From Octopus sinensis (lineage: Eukaryota), in assembly GCF_006345805.1 (NCBI RefSeq), contig NC_043006.1, positions 55,924,001 through 55,988,000 on the forward strand: a DNA stretch of 64,000 bases. The letters are read 5' to 3'. Within the stretch, counting starts at the first letter, position 1. Each line of letters opens with the position of its first letter. Positions 52,339 to 64,000 of the stretch are shown here, in pieces. Both the position numbers and the translations under genes were made by a program. Below the pieces are notes generated by a model that made no database searches, was not told where the DNA came from, and saw only the letters and a program-made list of their open reading frames with translations.

Positions 52339-54660
52339 CTACTCGAGATTGGTACATGCAGATTGGTACATGACAACAGTTTTCTTGAGACTGACTGTCA
52401 ATCCTAGGGCAGTGCCAACATCAGAGAATGCTTTCAAAATGTGTTGCCTATCAATCTGTGAGTGCGCTACTAGATCACAATCATCTGCACACAAAGGGTC
52501 TCTTATGATAGGGGCAAATACCTTTGCTTTTGCAGCAAAGCGCCTGATATTAAATATACTGCTAGAGGTTCGATAATGGATGTAAACACCATATCTGCAG
52601 TTTCTGAATGCAATACAGAAAACCATTGCAAATATATGGCAAATAGGGTCGGTGCCAGAATATCCCCCTGTTTTACTCCGTTTTGTATTGAGACATTTTT
52701 CCTCTTACATTAACCCTACCCTTCATGTCTTCATGAAAAGACCTAACCAAAGCAAGGATCTTTTCAGGACACCCAAGTTTCTGGAGGAATTTCCACAGTG
52801 CATTTCTATTAACGGTATCAAAGGCTGAAAAAAACCTGATATAAATCGAGACCCTGTTCCACACACTTCTCCTGAAACTGTCTAGCTGAAAAGATCACAT
52901 CAGTAGTGACGCGTCTCACACGAAAGCCAGATTGACTTTTTGGAAGAACACAATCTGCAACGTGTTTCAGTAGACGATCCAGAAGTACCCTGCATAAAAC
53001 CTTTCCTACGACAGAAAGCAATGATATTCCCCTATAGTTAGCACAATCATTCCTGTTGCCCTTTCCCTTATATACGACCACCATTACTATATCTCTCCAG
53101 TCCTCAAGTATAGATTCACTAGCCCATATCCTATCAAACAAAGAGTAAAGTTGCTGCAGAAGTTTCTCACCATCATGCTATAACAACTCTGCATGTATGC
53201 CATCCATACCCGGAGACTTCCCATTATTCACCCTTGAGACAGCTACTGCAACTTCTACCAACTTTGGTGGTTCTGCGAGAGTCGCCTTCACAGGTAATCC
53301 AGGGATTAGATTGAAAACATCCTCACTAACTACAGACTGCTGATTCAAAAGTTCATCAAAGTGTTCTCGCTACCTTCGCAGAATTCCTTGTGAATCACGA
53401 AGAAGTTCTTTAGCATCCCTGCTTCGAAGTGGTGTCATCAGATATGAAGTTGGGACATAAACTTCTCGCAAGAGACCATACAACATCTTTGTGTTATTGG
53501 AATCCGACGCCGCCTGTATCTCATCAGCCTTATTACTCCACCACGTATCCCTCCTCTGAGAGAGCCTCCGTCTCACACGTGATTTTACATCCTTGAGTTC
53601 CCTATCTAACACTTCCCTTTCCTGTGGCTTTGTTGACAAATAGCGTGACAAAGTACGTCTTTTATCAGCCAATAAATCATCTATATGTTCATCATTTTCT
53701 TTAAACCAATCTTGATGCTTTCTTTGTATCAATCCCAGAATTTTCTTGCCTATATGATAAACTGACTTTTTAAGGATCGGCCAATCCTCCCCAATATCTG
53801 CAACATTCATTTCCTCTCGTAAAGTTCTCTTCACTCTATTACACCCAAGACGATCAACATTCAGTCTTTTAGGCAGGGTAATCTCTGCAGCCCGGATTTT
53901 ACGCTTTGTGACTAATTTCACTTTTGCACGTACTAGGCAGTGGTCAGTCCAACACTCAGCCCTACGAAGAACACGAACACACTGCACATCTCGTCTGTCA
54001 CGCACCCTAACAAGGATGTAATCTAGAATATGTCATTCTTTAGATGCAGGGTGCATCCATGGGGTCTTAAATTTATTCATTTGTTGAAACATGGTATTGG
54101 TAACACACAGACGCAGCAGAAGCATGGCATTACTATTACACTTTTCCACCCCATGCTTTCCAATTACAGTCCATGTGTTAAAATCCTTACCCACTTTAGT
54201 ATTAAAGTCACCCAGTACGATGACTTTGTCTGCCCGAGGGATATTTCTTATAATGCCGTTCAAAGCATGGTAGAAAGAAACTTTTTCGTCATCAATATAG
54301 CACATAGTTGGAGCATACACACTCACCAAGGAATTCTCATGGACAAAAGATGCTCGTTAATCCCGACTGGGAATTCTTCCAACTTGTCCACAAGATTAGT
54401 CTTAACAGCAAATGCCACTCCAGCCTCTCCTCTGAACTCTTCATTCCTCCCTTTCCAAAAGAATGTATATTTTCCATAAGATTCTGTAAGATCACCATCT
54501 TACATAGATCTCTTCTCATAAAGCAACGATATCAATATCTTGCCTTGAAGCTCCTTCGCAACAAGCACAGTCGTTTGTTCAGGACATTCAGAGGACTCGT
54601 GGTCAAGCAGTGTCCGTTCATTTCAACATCCAATATTCAATATTTTATTTGGTTCTATCA
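52339..54660 (-). mobile_element. RTE-clade LINE (APE endonuclease plus RT), decayed and 3'-truncated
   Basis: SVYAPT, VLGDFN, CWTDH, NYRGISLLSVVGKV, QSGFR, AFDTVNR, ADDCDLVAHS, GLTVSLKKT. Confidence 0.92.
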
Positions 54661-55498
54661 CAGTAGCATGATGACAGCCGGGTTCAGACTGTGATGCTCT
54701 GGAGCCCATGCCGGGCCAAACTCTTTCATCTGATGTGGTTCCAGAGTCCTTACTGCCATTTATTTTTATACTGTTTTGGTACATCAATGATTATTTGGGT
54801 TGTAAGGCCAGACATTCGATTGAGACTCAGAGCACTATCAACAATCATGAATTAGTTAATTGATTTAATCAATCAATCAATCAATCAATGTTGTTATCGT
54901 GCAATGCCTGTGTAAGAAGACATTTTTTTAAAGTGAAGAAAGGCTGTGAGTCAATCCCACTCACTAAGCAACAGCAGCCATAATCCGAAAAGAAGAACAA
55001 GTCAACATCATCGGTAACCACTGAGCCGCAGGTTTTATGTCGGTGTTATTCCAGTTACCTGAGTTGCCTTCTTCTAGAAGTATGCTCTAACAAAGGCTAG
55101 GGGTCCTTTACTCCTAATGGTTTAACCACGCGATCGGATATTCTGCCCCCGCGCATGATACAGCCATAAGCTGGATAAGATAGATAGGCAAAAAAAAAAA
55201 CCAAAACGATATATAAAAATATTTATATACAAATTATGCGTAAAATATACGATGTGAAGTATATAAAAATATTTATATAAATATATATAATGAGCAAACT
55301 ATAAAAATATACAATATATAAAATTAGTGAGAAAAAAGGAGATCTACAGTAAATATATAATTACACAAATATTGGATGGACGTTGACTCTCAAGAGTTCC
55401 TCCGCCCTTTGTATGTATGTATGTATGTATGTATGTATGTATGTACATACATATATACATAGTACATACATACATACATACATACATACATACATACA

Positions 55499-55529
<31 letters not shown>

Positions 55530-55544
55530 GAGTATATATATATA

Positions 55545-55709
55545 GGCGCAGGAGTGGCTGTGTGGTAAGTAGCTTGCTTACCAATCACATGGTTCTGGGT
55601 TCAGTCCCACTGCGTGGTACCTTGGGCAAGTGTCTTCTACTATAGCTTCGGGCCGACTAAAGACTTGTGAGTGGATTTGGTAGACGGAAACTGAAAGAAG
55701 CCCGTCGTC

Positions 55710-55775
<66 letters not shown>

Positions 55776-55990
55776 AGTTTGTGTGTCTGTGTTTGTCCCC
55801 CCAACATCGCTTGGCGACCAATGCTGGTGTGTTTACGTACCTGTAACTTAGTGGTTTGGCACAAGAGACCGATAGAATAAGCACTAGGCTTGCAAAGAAT
55901 AAGTCCTTGGGTCGATGTGATCGACTAAATGCGGTGCTCCAGTATGGCTGCAGTCAAATGACTGAAACAAGTAAAAGAGTAAAAGAGAGT
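55545..55990 (+). mobile_element. Full-length CORE-like tRNA SINE
   Basis: ggcgcaggagtggctgtgtggtaag..gggttcagtccc..ccttgggcaagtgtctt, internal (TA)(TG) tract, (gtaaaaga)n tail. Confidence 0.88.
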
Positions 55991-56290
55991 ATACATATAA
56001 CCAGTAACAACTATTGAAAGAGGTTGCAAGACACAACGAAAATTTGAGGAAAAATAAATCAGTAGAAATTTACTATTAATATACTACTAACCCTATCATT
56101 TTATCATGAAGACCATATTTTCACACACACACATATATATATATAAAGAAAGAAAGAAAGAAAAAAAGAAAGAAAGCAAAAGGAGGTAGTCAGAATTCTG
56201 TGAAACATGATATCGCTAAATAATTATCTAAAATTCTGATTACATCATTTTTCTTAAGATGAAATATGTACGTCATTTCGATCAATCGAT

Positions 56291-57980
56291 CAGGCTATGT
56301 AAAAAGTAAGCAACGTTTTGAACCATGAAGAATTTGTACCGGATTTTTGAAGTTTTGAATTTTTTAAAACACTTTTTAAAATTTGTCTGGTAATACAAAC
56401 ACAGACTTGCCCAAATACATCAATAAATAAGCATTGATATTTGTTTCACTGTTGTTACAATTATCTAAAATGGAACTGTCAAAGCACGATATTAGAGCAA
56501 TTTTGCTATTCAACTTCAAAAAAGGACGTGGAACAGCTGAAACTGCTCGCGATAACAACGAAAGATTTGGTGAGGAAATGACTAGTGAGTGGTCAGCTCG
56601 AAAATGGTTTAAACGATTTCGCAGTGGAGACCTGAGCCTTGAAGATCGTGAACGTAGTGGACAACCATTTGTCATCGATGACAGTCAATTAAAGACGGTT
56701 ATTGAGAAACATCTACGTAAACCCATTCGAGAACTGGCAAAAGTATGTAGTGGAAATATAGAGCCAGTACAAGTTGTTGATGTGGCTGCGTGTATGTTAT
56801 TACAATAGTTCATAAAGAGATGAAGAATAAATTCAATACCTATATATTTACTACATAAAAATATTTTTTATTTCCTGGACGATGATGATACATAGAATCA
56901 ATATGTAGAATCTAGTTCAATGAAGTAATCTATGCAAGAACGTTAAGACAGAAAATGTAGAAATAAGAGCTAAGTGGTGGCTTTCAGTCATGTGGCGTAG
57001 ACAAATAGACGGACACAGCAATGATGTGAATGGCTCTAAGTCTAATTGATTAAAAAGCGAAGAGCATGGTTAGCAAGCTGTTTTTATTAACGCTAGATAT
57101 TCTAGAAACTTCCAAGAGAAACGCTAAGCTTCTTGAATAATTAAGAATCACGTCTCATGACATAGATGCTTCGAGAAACTTAGAAAATGGAGGTTACTCT
57201 ATAATCTTTCTTCGAGGGGAGGTCGTTCAACTATTTAGCTACGTAGACCACTACAAGAACTCCAAGCTAGCCAGAAAACTGCCTGAAACCATTTCCATGC
57301 GATCGGAAAATCAAAAAAGCTCGACACAATTTGAATGAAAATCAGAAAATGCGCAGATATGAAATGTGCTCGTTGTTTCTTCTCCTTAACCAGACCGATC
57401 TATTCCTCGACTGTATTGTAACTGTTGAACAAAAATGAAGCACCGGAAACATTCCTTGAACCCAAGTTCTTCAAAATGGAAGTTATGATGACTGTTTGGT
57501 GGCGTACTGCTGGACTCATCCACTGTAATTTCTTAAAACCATCACAGCAGAAACATATTGCCATGAAATTGCTAAAGTGAACGAAGAACTGCTACTCCTC
57601 CGTCCCAGACTGGTCAACAGAAGAGGGCCAATCGTTTTCATTACAATGCTCGACCACACATTTCACTAATGACGTTACGGAAGTTGAGAGGAACTTGGCT
57701 ACGAAGTTCTTCCCCACTCAGCTTCTTCCCCGGACCTATCTCCTACCAACTAGCACTTTTTCAAGCACCTTGATAGTTTCCTGCAAGAGGAGTTCAAAAA
57801 CCAAACCGATGCTGAAATTGCGTTCAAAGAGTTAGACAACTCCAGAACTGCAAATTTTTATGATACCAGAATAAACAAAGTTATAACTTGTTGGCAAAAA
57901 TGTGTTGAGTGTAATGGTACTTAATTTGATAAATAAAATTTCCGTTTTCTTGAAATATATTGTGATGAATTTCGTGTTTC

Positions 57981-57985
<5 letters not shown>
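56291..57985 (+). mobile_element. Mariner transposon, decayed, split by a solo LTR
   Basis: MELSKHDIRAILLFNFKKG..KWFKRFRSGDLSLEDRERSGQP; downstream NARPH and SPDLSPT remnants. Confidence 0.85.
56746..57255. mobile_element. Solo LTR-like insertion
   Basis: TGTAGTGG..CCACTACA inverted termini, imperfect 4-bp TSD agta/agaa; mariner sequence resumes after it. Confidence 0.75.
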
Positions 57986-58041
<56 letters not shown>

Positions 58042-58879
58042 CCATACATGTACATAAAAAAGGATTTGGTCGGCGCGGGGTAACTGCTGAAGACACTCTA
58101 AGGTGCCACACAGTGGGACTGAATCCAGAACCATTTGGTTTTGGAAGCAAACTTCTCACCACAGAGTTGCTCTTTTCGTAGGATATACCCTCCAGAGAAA
58201 TAAATAGAATAGAGAATGTGGGTGAGGTAAATTCTTTTATTTATATTTTAACGAAAATGTGTCAATAGAAAGATTTAGAGTCATACAGTCTCTCTCTATT
58301 ATTCTCACCGATAATAGTGTCAAGTACATTGAAGTCATTATGTAGAAGGAATAAATATTCATGTTCTTGTCAGTTGTTTACATGATTACTTAATAGAGTT
58401 CAAATATTTATCATCTAAACAGGACAGAAGTAAAAAGGAGATTGAATGCCACACTGTTAAATGGATTATAGAAAATAGGAACCGTTTTAATGTTTTTGTT
58501 GTTGTTGTTGTTGTTGTTGTTATTATTTGTGCTGTTGTTTTATCTTCCTCTACTACTACTACTACTACTACTACCTATATTGCCAATCCATTCCTGATAA
58601 GGCTTTCCAGTTTTGATAATCTTGTTCACCTTAAAATATGTAATATTACGTTATCTAAAGTGTTGTTTCTTTACTGAAGATAAAAAACGATTTGAAGGAG
58701 ATTTAGCTGTTATTTCTAGCAACTCCATTGATCACATAAAACCGTCTTCACAGGGCTCAGAAATATTTCAATATGATATAAATATGGAAAGAAATGTGAT
58801 AGTAGAATAGAATGGAAAACGCCTTATTACCGAAAACTTAGCTGCCGAATTTTCCTGTTTGACAGATATTATAATATTC

Positions 58880-59430
58880 GCAGATGTTGACTTTACCTTT
58901 CGTCCTTTGGGGTCGATAAAATAAGTACCAGTTAAACACTGGAGTCGATGTAATCAACTTCTTACCTCCCACGAACTTACTGGTTTTATACCAAAATTTG
59001 AAAGTGATATTTTCTTGAAAAGGGCGGCGAGTTGATAGAATCGTTACCGCATTGGGCTACACACTGAGGTTCAAATTCTGCCGATGTCAACTTTACCTTT
59101 CACCCTTTCCCGGTCGATAAAATAAGTGCCAGTTGAACACTGGGCCAAAGTAAGTAACTCAGCCCCTCCCACGAAATTGCTGGCCTAATGCAAAAACTTG
59201 AAAACAATATTTTCTGAAAAAAGGCGGCGAGCTGGCAGAATCGTTAGTACACCAAACAAAATGCTTAGCGGTATTTCGCTCGTTCTTACGTTTTGAGTTT
59301 AAATTCCGCCGAGGTCGACTTTGTCGATAAAGTAAGTAGTAGTTGAGCACTGGGGTCGATGTAATCGACTTAACTCCTTCTGAAATTGCTGGCCTCTGTG
59401 CCAAAATTTGAAACCAATATTTTCAGGAAT
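58880..59430 (+). mobile_element. Three head-to-tail Nin/Deu-like SINE copies
   Basis: gtcgataaa..aagt..agtt.a.cactgg..ccaaaatttgaaa unit occurs three times; a minus-strand copy lies at ~59770-59980. Confidence 0.8.
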
Positions 59431-60057
59431 TTCATTTCTTTATTAGGGAGTGTCAACAACCTCGACCATACAGAAAATTAATGTCAAATGTTATGTTTAT
59501 GTATTTCTTTTGCAAGATTCCTCATGTGGAATGACGTATTCTTATATCGCAGGGACAGTTACTTTTTCCCCAAATAACCACACGTACTGTATACTCGTTC
59601 TTCAAATCTTTCGTAACACATCTTTTAACCGCTTTAGCGACTCCCTATCACACGTATCTCCTCCACTCCTGTTTAGTCTAATCTGGAGTGGGACGGAATG
59701 TCGTTGAAGAGGTCACAGGATGTGACAACGATTTCAGGAAAGGACACTAAAATAATAACAATAGTAATAGTTTCAAATTTTGTCACAAGGGCAGTAATTT
59801 TGGTAGAGGGGAAGAGTCGATTACATCGACCCCGCTGGTATTCAACTGGTACTTATTTTATCGATCCCGAAAGGATGAAAGGCAAATTCAACCTCGGTGG
59901 AATTATAAACGCAGAACGTAGCGATGAGCGAAATACTCCAAAGCATTTCGTGCAACATGCAAACAATTCTGCCATCTCAGCAATGATACAGCTGACGTGA
60001 AGATCAAGTACTTGTGGTTATCTGGAAAACAATACAGAAAAATGGACCATCCCGAAA

Positions 60058-60777
60058 TATAATAATGTGTACATCCTTAAATATAATCACGATGGAAAGA
60101 ATCAATTTTCATGGGAACACTTTAAAAAGTGAAGGTTTGACAATTTTGAACTTGAGATCTTGGAAGTGTCGATAACAATATAGTCAGCAGTCACATGCAA
60201 AAATCTTGACAAAGACACGCACGCTCGCAGAAACACACACGCACACACACAGAAATACACACACATACGCACACTCATACACACACACACACACTCACAC
60301 TCACGCACATACGCACATCTGTATATATAAAGAGAGAAAGGTATAGAGATATAGATAGATAGAGATAGAGAAAGGAGAGAGAGTCGCTACTAGTTACTTT
60401 TGAAATTTTTAAACAGTCACTTATTAATAAACTTCGAAAGAAACAATGCTGCTGTTAATAAGAAAGGTTGAAATTAATGCACTCAATATTTTACAGCACT
60501 AGCATCAATCCTTCATAGTCAGCCCATGAACTTTTCACCCCATCCTCCTTTGTATATGTTTCCCACCCTCTTTATCTACCTATATCTCCCTTTTTCTCTC
60601 TTTCTAGTTTTTCGCCGTATATCATTGCTGCCAATCACACATTTCCTCACTCACACACACACACACACGTTCTCTCTATCCCTCTCTCTCTCCTTTCTCT
60701 CTCTCTATTCACCTATATCTCTATACCTTTCTCTCTTTATATATACAGATGTGCGTGCGTGTGTGTGTGTGTGTATT

Positions 60778-60818
<41 letters not shown>

Positions 60819-60991
60819 CTGCGAGCGTGCGTATCTTTGTCTAGATTTTTGCAAGTGACTGCTGACCATATTGTTGTCGACACTTCCAAGATCTCAAGTT
60901 CAAAATTGTCAAACCTTCTCTTTTTAAAGTGTTCCTATGAAAATTGACTCTTTCCATCGTGATTTTATTTAAGGATGTACACATTATTATA
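60058..60991. repeat. Large inverted repeat, ~310-bp arms with a ~300-bp spacer
   Basis: tataataatgtgtacatccttaaat..gagatcttggaagtgtcga is mirrored at ~60685-60991 with scattered mismatches. Confidence 0.88.
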
Positions 60992-61102
60992 TAAAGTATA
61001 GAAGCCATCTTATCATGGCTAACCACATTGGGGAGGGGATTGCTACAGTAACAACCCCCTCCCCAATGTGGTTAGCCATGATAAGATGGCTTCTATACTT
61101 TA
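60992..61102. repeat. Palindrome with 55-bp arms and a 1-nt loop
   Basis: Centre at 61047, two mismatches near the apex. Confidence 0.9.
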
Positions 61103-61495
61103 CATTATCGAGCGATTACTGTTTCAATCTCATTCTGAGATTTAATTATGCTTACTGTTCGTTTTCGACATCAGTGGCAGACGCCATTAGAAAACTTATA
61201 TCTATTTGCAAAGGAGCCTTCACTTTCATCGCTACCTGGTGTTTTTTGAATTTTTCCTCGGCGTATACCAATATTTTTCTGTTGCTGCAAATCGTTGTGT
61301 GAGTTCGTTTCCGTTTGTCTACTCTGTCGTGTTACAAGTAATATCATTGTTGAACTGTTTTTGACCCAGTAATTTTCGCCCTTCGGGGTAGAAAATTTCT
61401 GTGTGCTGTTTTGTGTGAACTCTTAACCTGTATAGGTTATTTTTGGAAAAAAAAAAAATTCTCTTGTCATTTGTGACAAGTTTGTGTTGTCTAAT

Positions 61496-63004
61496 ATGGA
61501 ATTAGACTTAAGTTCAAAAAAAGACTTTCCCGAGATGGGAGAAAGTATAACAACTGTTAAACAAAAGGAAACACAGACAAAACCCAGTTTTTCAGACGCC
61601 GTAGGTGGCGAAGTCGAAGAAATGGAGGTATCAATGGAAAGATTATTCAAGTTTAGATCGCTGGTGCAAAAAAGTGGTGAAGAAACACGATTGGTACCGC
61701 CCCCCGAAACTATACAAGCAATAAAGGAAAAAATGGTCACCTACAGGGTGTACAATATCAAGGAAAAACGAATGACCGACGTGAAAAACGAAATGGTCGA
61801 AAAGTGTATGGCTCCAATATGGAGTAAAGTTAGTCATGTCAACCGAGGTGCAAGAAGCGCTACAGTGGAGGCGCATTTTGAAACGGCGGAAGTAGCAAGG
61901 CAAATTTCGACACAAACGTTGAAAAACGAGAGTATAATACTGCTACCCTTATATTTAGGATGCAGAACCGCAAAAGTGACCCTAGAAGATATACCAACGG
62001 GCTACGACGTGATGTGGGCGGCAACAGCGGTCATTTTTGATGTTGAATCAAAATTGACAATTTTAAGTATGAAGAGAAAAATTGCAAAACACTGGAGAGG
62101 CCAGCAGCTGGAGATGATAATCCAGGCGGAAAATGCGACGTTGGAAAGCCTACCAGACAGAGTCTTCGTGGGGGAGGGGCACTCCATACGAGTTTCGGTG
62201 GAAGGACGCAGGCCCAGATGTTTTAAGTGCGGGCAAAAGGGCCACGTTCGCTCCGTTTGCACAAAAAAAAATAATGCGGGCAACGCCCCCCCACAAAACG
62301 CTGTGAAGAACGCAGAAAGCAGCAAAGTGGAGAAAAAAGTAACGGCTGGCGAAAACAAGGAGGAAAAAATAAACAGGTCGAACTCCAAAAAGGAGGAAGA
62401 CAAGAACGAAATGCAAAATGAGAAAGGAAAGGATGAGGAAAATAATGCAACAAAAACAAATAAACAAGAAGACATGGAATTTACGAACGTGTCCAACAAA
62501 AGGAAAAAATCCATCACCCCTGACTCCCCACCCGTATCAAAAAAAAAAAACAACGCAGACGAACAAATTAAAAATATTCTCCAATCCCACCCCGGCGGTA
62601 CTACACTTATAGGCCAGCACTTTAACAAACCCCACCCCCCAACTGTAAAAGGGTTTAAACCCAACGAAAAAATTATTGCATACACCACAAAGAACGTGAG
62701 AGTAGAAACATGGGTGAAAGCAAGTACGCTGATCAGGTGCTACAAAGCGACCGAGAAGGAAGCGGAGTGGCGATATGGAAGGGTCGGCGAAGAAGGATGG
62801 AAAGACAAAACCTTACAAAGCCACGTAAAAGCCGGCTTCATTAAGGATGTCACCCAGGAGGTGACAACTGGGAAATTACCCGTTAGCCCGGCAGCCACAC
62901 CAACCCAGAGCCCGGTGGCAACGCCGGTGAAACACCCAACAGCAACGGCGAGTGGGGGGGAGACAGGCAGAAAGAATCTGTCAGGCTCCCTCTCGCAACC
63001 GTGA
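61496..63004 (+). CDS. LINE ORF1 gag-like protein with a CCHC zinc knuckle
   Basis: VEGRRPRCFKCGQKGHVRSVC; first ATG at 61496. Confidence 0.88.
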   Translation: MELDLSSKKDFPEMGESITTVKQKETQTKPSFSDAVGGEVEEMEVSMERLFKFRSLVQKSGEETRLVPPPETIQAIKEKMVTYRVYNIKEKRMTDVKNEMVEKCMAPIWSKVSHVNRGARSATVEAHFETAEVARQISTQTLKNESIILLPLYLGCRTAKVTLEDIPTGYDVMWAATAVIFDVESKLTILSMKRKIAKHWRGQQLEMIIQAENATLESLPDRVFVGEGHSIRVSVEGRRPRCFKCGQKGHVRSVCTKKNNAGNAPPQNAVKNAESSKVEKKVTAGENKEEKINRSNSKKEEDKNEMQNEKGKDEENNATKTNKQEDMEFTNVSNKRKKSITPDSPPVSKKKNNADEQIKNILQSHPGGTTLIGQHFNKPHPPTVKGFKPNEKIIAYTTKNVRVETWVKASTLIRCYKATEKEAEWRYGRVGEEGWKDKTLQSHVKAGFIKDVTQEVTTGKLPVSPAATPTQSPVATPVKHPTATASGGETGRKNLSGSLSQP

Positions 63005-63027
63005 GTAAATAATTTTCTTTTTTCTCG

Positions 63028-64000
63028 ATGATTAAGTTAGGTTGTATAAATGTGCGTGGAATGGGATCGAAATGGAAACAGGCTTGTTTTCGTGACGACC
63101 TCATTTCACATAGAATCGAAGTAGCTATTGTTACCGAGTCCAAGATGAAGGGACCCCAAGCGTTCTCACCACTTCTCAATGGTTACGAGAAATTTATTTC
63201 TCCTAGCCGAGGGGGAGGTGCAGGCGTGGCAGTTCTTTTCAGGAAGAACTTGGACTTACAGGTAAGTACTGTCTTTTTGGACCCAGAAGGTAGGCTGGTT
63301 GTCCTAGATGTGACGCACGTGAGTAAGCAGTCCTTCAGGTTGGTGGCTGTCTACGCTCCTAACGGACGTGGGCAGACCGGTTTTTATCGGGAACTGGAGC
63401 ACTTTCTAGTGACGTCCAAAACGGTAGTCTTGGTAGGGGATTTCAACACCATTCTCGATGCGCGGGTGGATGGTGTAGGCTCGAGCGATAGGAAGGGGAA
63501 TCCTGGCCTCAAGGCTCTACTAGCGAGCTTTAATCTAGTAGACCGTTTTCGACTGGATGAGCCGAACGTTCCACAGTGGACGTGGAGTAATAACGACGGC
63601 TCACTCAGATCGTACATAGATAGAGTATTTGTTAAGGAACGAGATAGGAATAGTGTTAGCTGTCCACAATTCTCTGTTGTGCCTTACACGGATCACAAAC
63701 TTGTAACGTGTGAGGTACATGTAGATAAATGCCATAGACAAGGTCCCGGGTACTGGAAGATGAACAAGTCTATTTTGACCTGTGAAGCTTTCCGTACCCG
63801 GATTAAGGAATTAGTACAGAGGGCATTATGTGGCACCATCATTAATAATAGATGGTGGCTCGCCCTCAAAAGAGCCATCCGTTTGGAGTCCATTAGATTT
63901 AGCAAGCAGCTAAGTTTAGATAGGACTAGAATAGAGGGCGAATTAGTTAAGAACTTAGACGAGGCTATGGAATCTGGCTGTGCATCCGGAGTGTTGGCAG
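63028..64000 (+). CDS. LINE ORF2 N-terminus, APE-type endonuclease (partial)
   Basis: MIKLGCINVRG, VTESK, AVYAPN, LVGDFN, WTW..SYIDRVF, TDHK, GPGYWKMNKSIL; no stop seen before the window end. Confidence 0.92.
   Translation, partial: MIKLGCINVRGMGSKWKQACFRDDLISHRIEVAIVTESKMKGPQAFSPLLNGYEKFISPSRGGGAGVAVLFRKNLDLQVSTVFLDPEGRLVVLDVTHVSKQSFRLVAVYAPNGRGQTGFYRELEHFLVTSKTVVLVGDFNTILDARVDGVGSSDRKGNPGLKALLASFNLVDRFRLDEPNVPQWTWSNNDGSLRSYIDRVFVKERDRNSVSCPQFSVVPYTDHKLVTCEVHVDKCHRQGPGYWKMNKSILTCEAFRTRIKELVQRALCGTIINNRWWLALKRAIRLESIRFSKQLSLDRTRIEGELVKNLDEAMESGCASGVLA

Larger units (their letters stand above)
61132..64000 (+). mobile_element. L1/Tx1-clade non-LTR retrotransposon, apparently intact, continuing beyond the window
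   Basis: 5' UTR, uninterrupted ORF1, 23-bp spacer and open ORF2. 5' boundary approximate. Confidence 0.9.

Noticed and set aside
58880-59430. Regularly repeated units suggestive of a CRISPR-like array
   Set aside because: The units are tandem SINE copies in eukaryotic DNA, with no spacers or cas genes.
61423-63905. Minus-strand ORFs up to 228 aa overlapping the LINE
   Set aside because: Antisense shadows of the purine-rich ORF1 and ORF2, with no domain signal.

Overview
AT-rich, microsatellite-dense animal genomic DNA. The tRNA-derived SINE families suggest a coleoid cephalopod, probably an octopus (inference). One host gene is supported: a minus-strand cholinesterase-like carboxylesterase. 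It has a large coding exon (34553-36041) with a 1-bp frameshift in a T4 run, a second exon (32866-33044), a GPI-signal terminal exon (29961-30067) and a possible alternative terminal exon (26186-26268). The rest is mostly mobile DNA: mariner and Tc1 copies and MITEs, Helitron pieces, RTE, CR1-group, RLE-type and L1/Tx1 LINEs (the last apparently intact and running off the window), ORF1-only LINE derivatives, a solo LTR and many SINEs. The most unusual signal is a set of short non-coding elements in or beside (TA)n tracts. They carry Penelope-type hammerhead ribozyme motifs (CTGANGA-stem-GAAA-palindrome-TH), are often folded back into long hairpins, and in one case the motif lies behind a tRNA-type Pol III head. 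All calls are by eye; no searches or folding programs were run.
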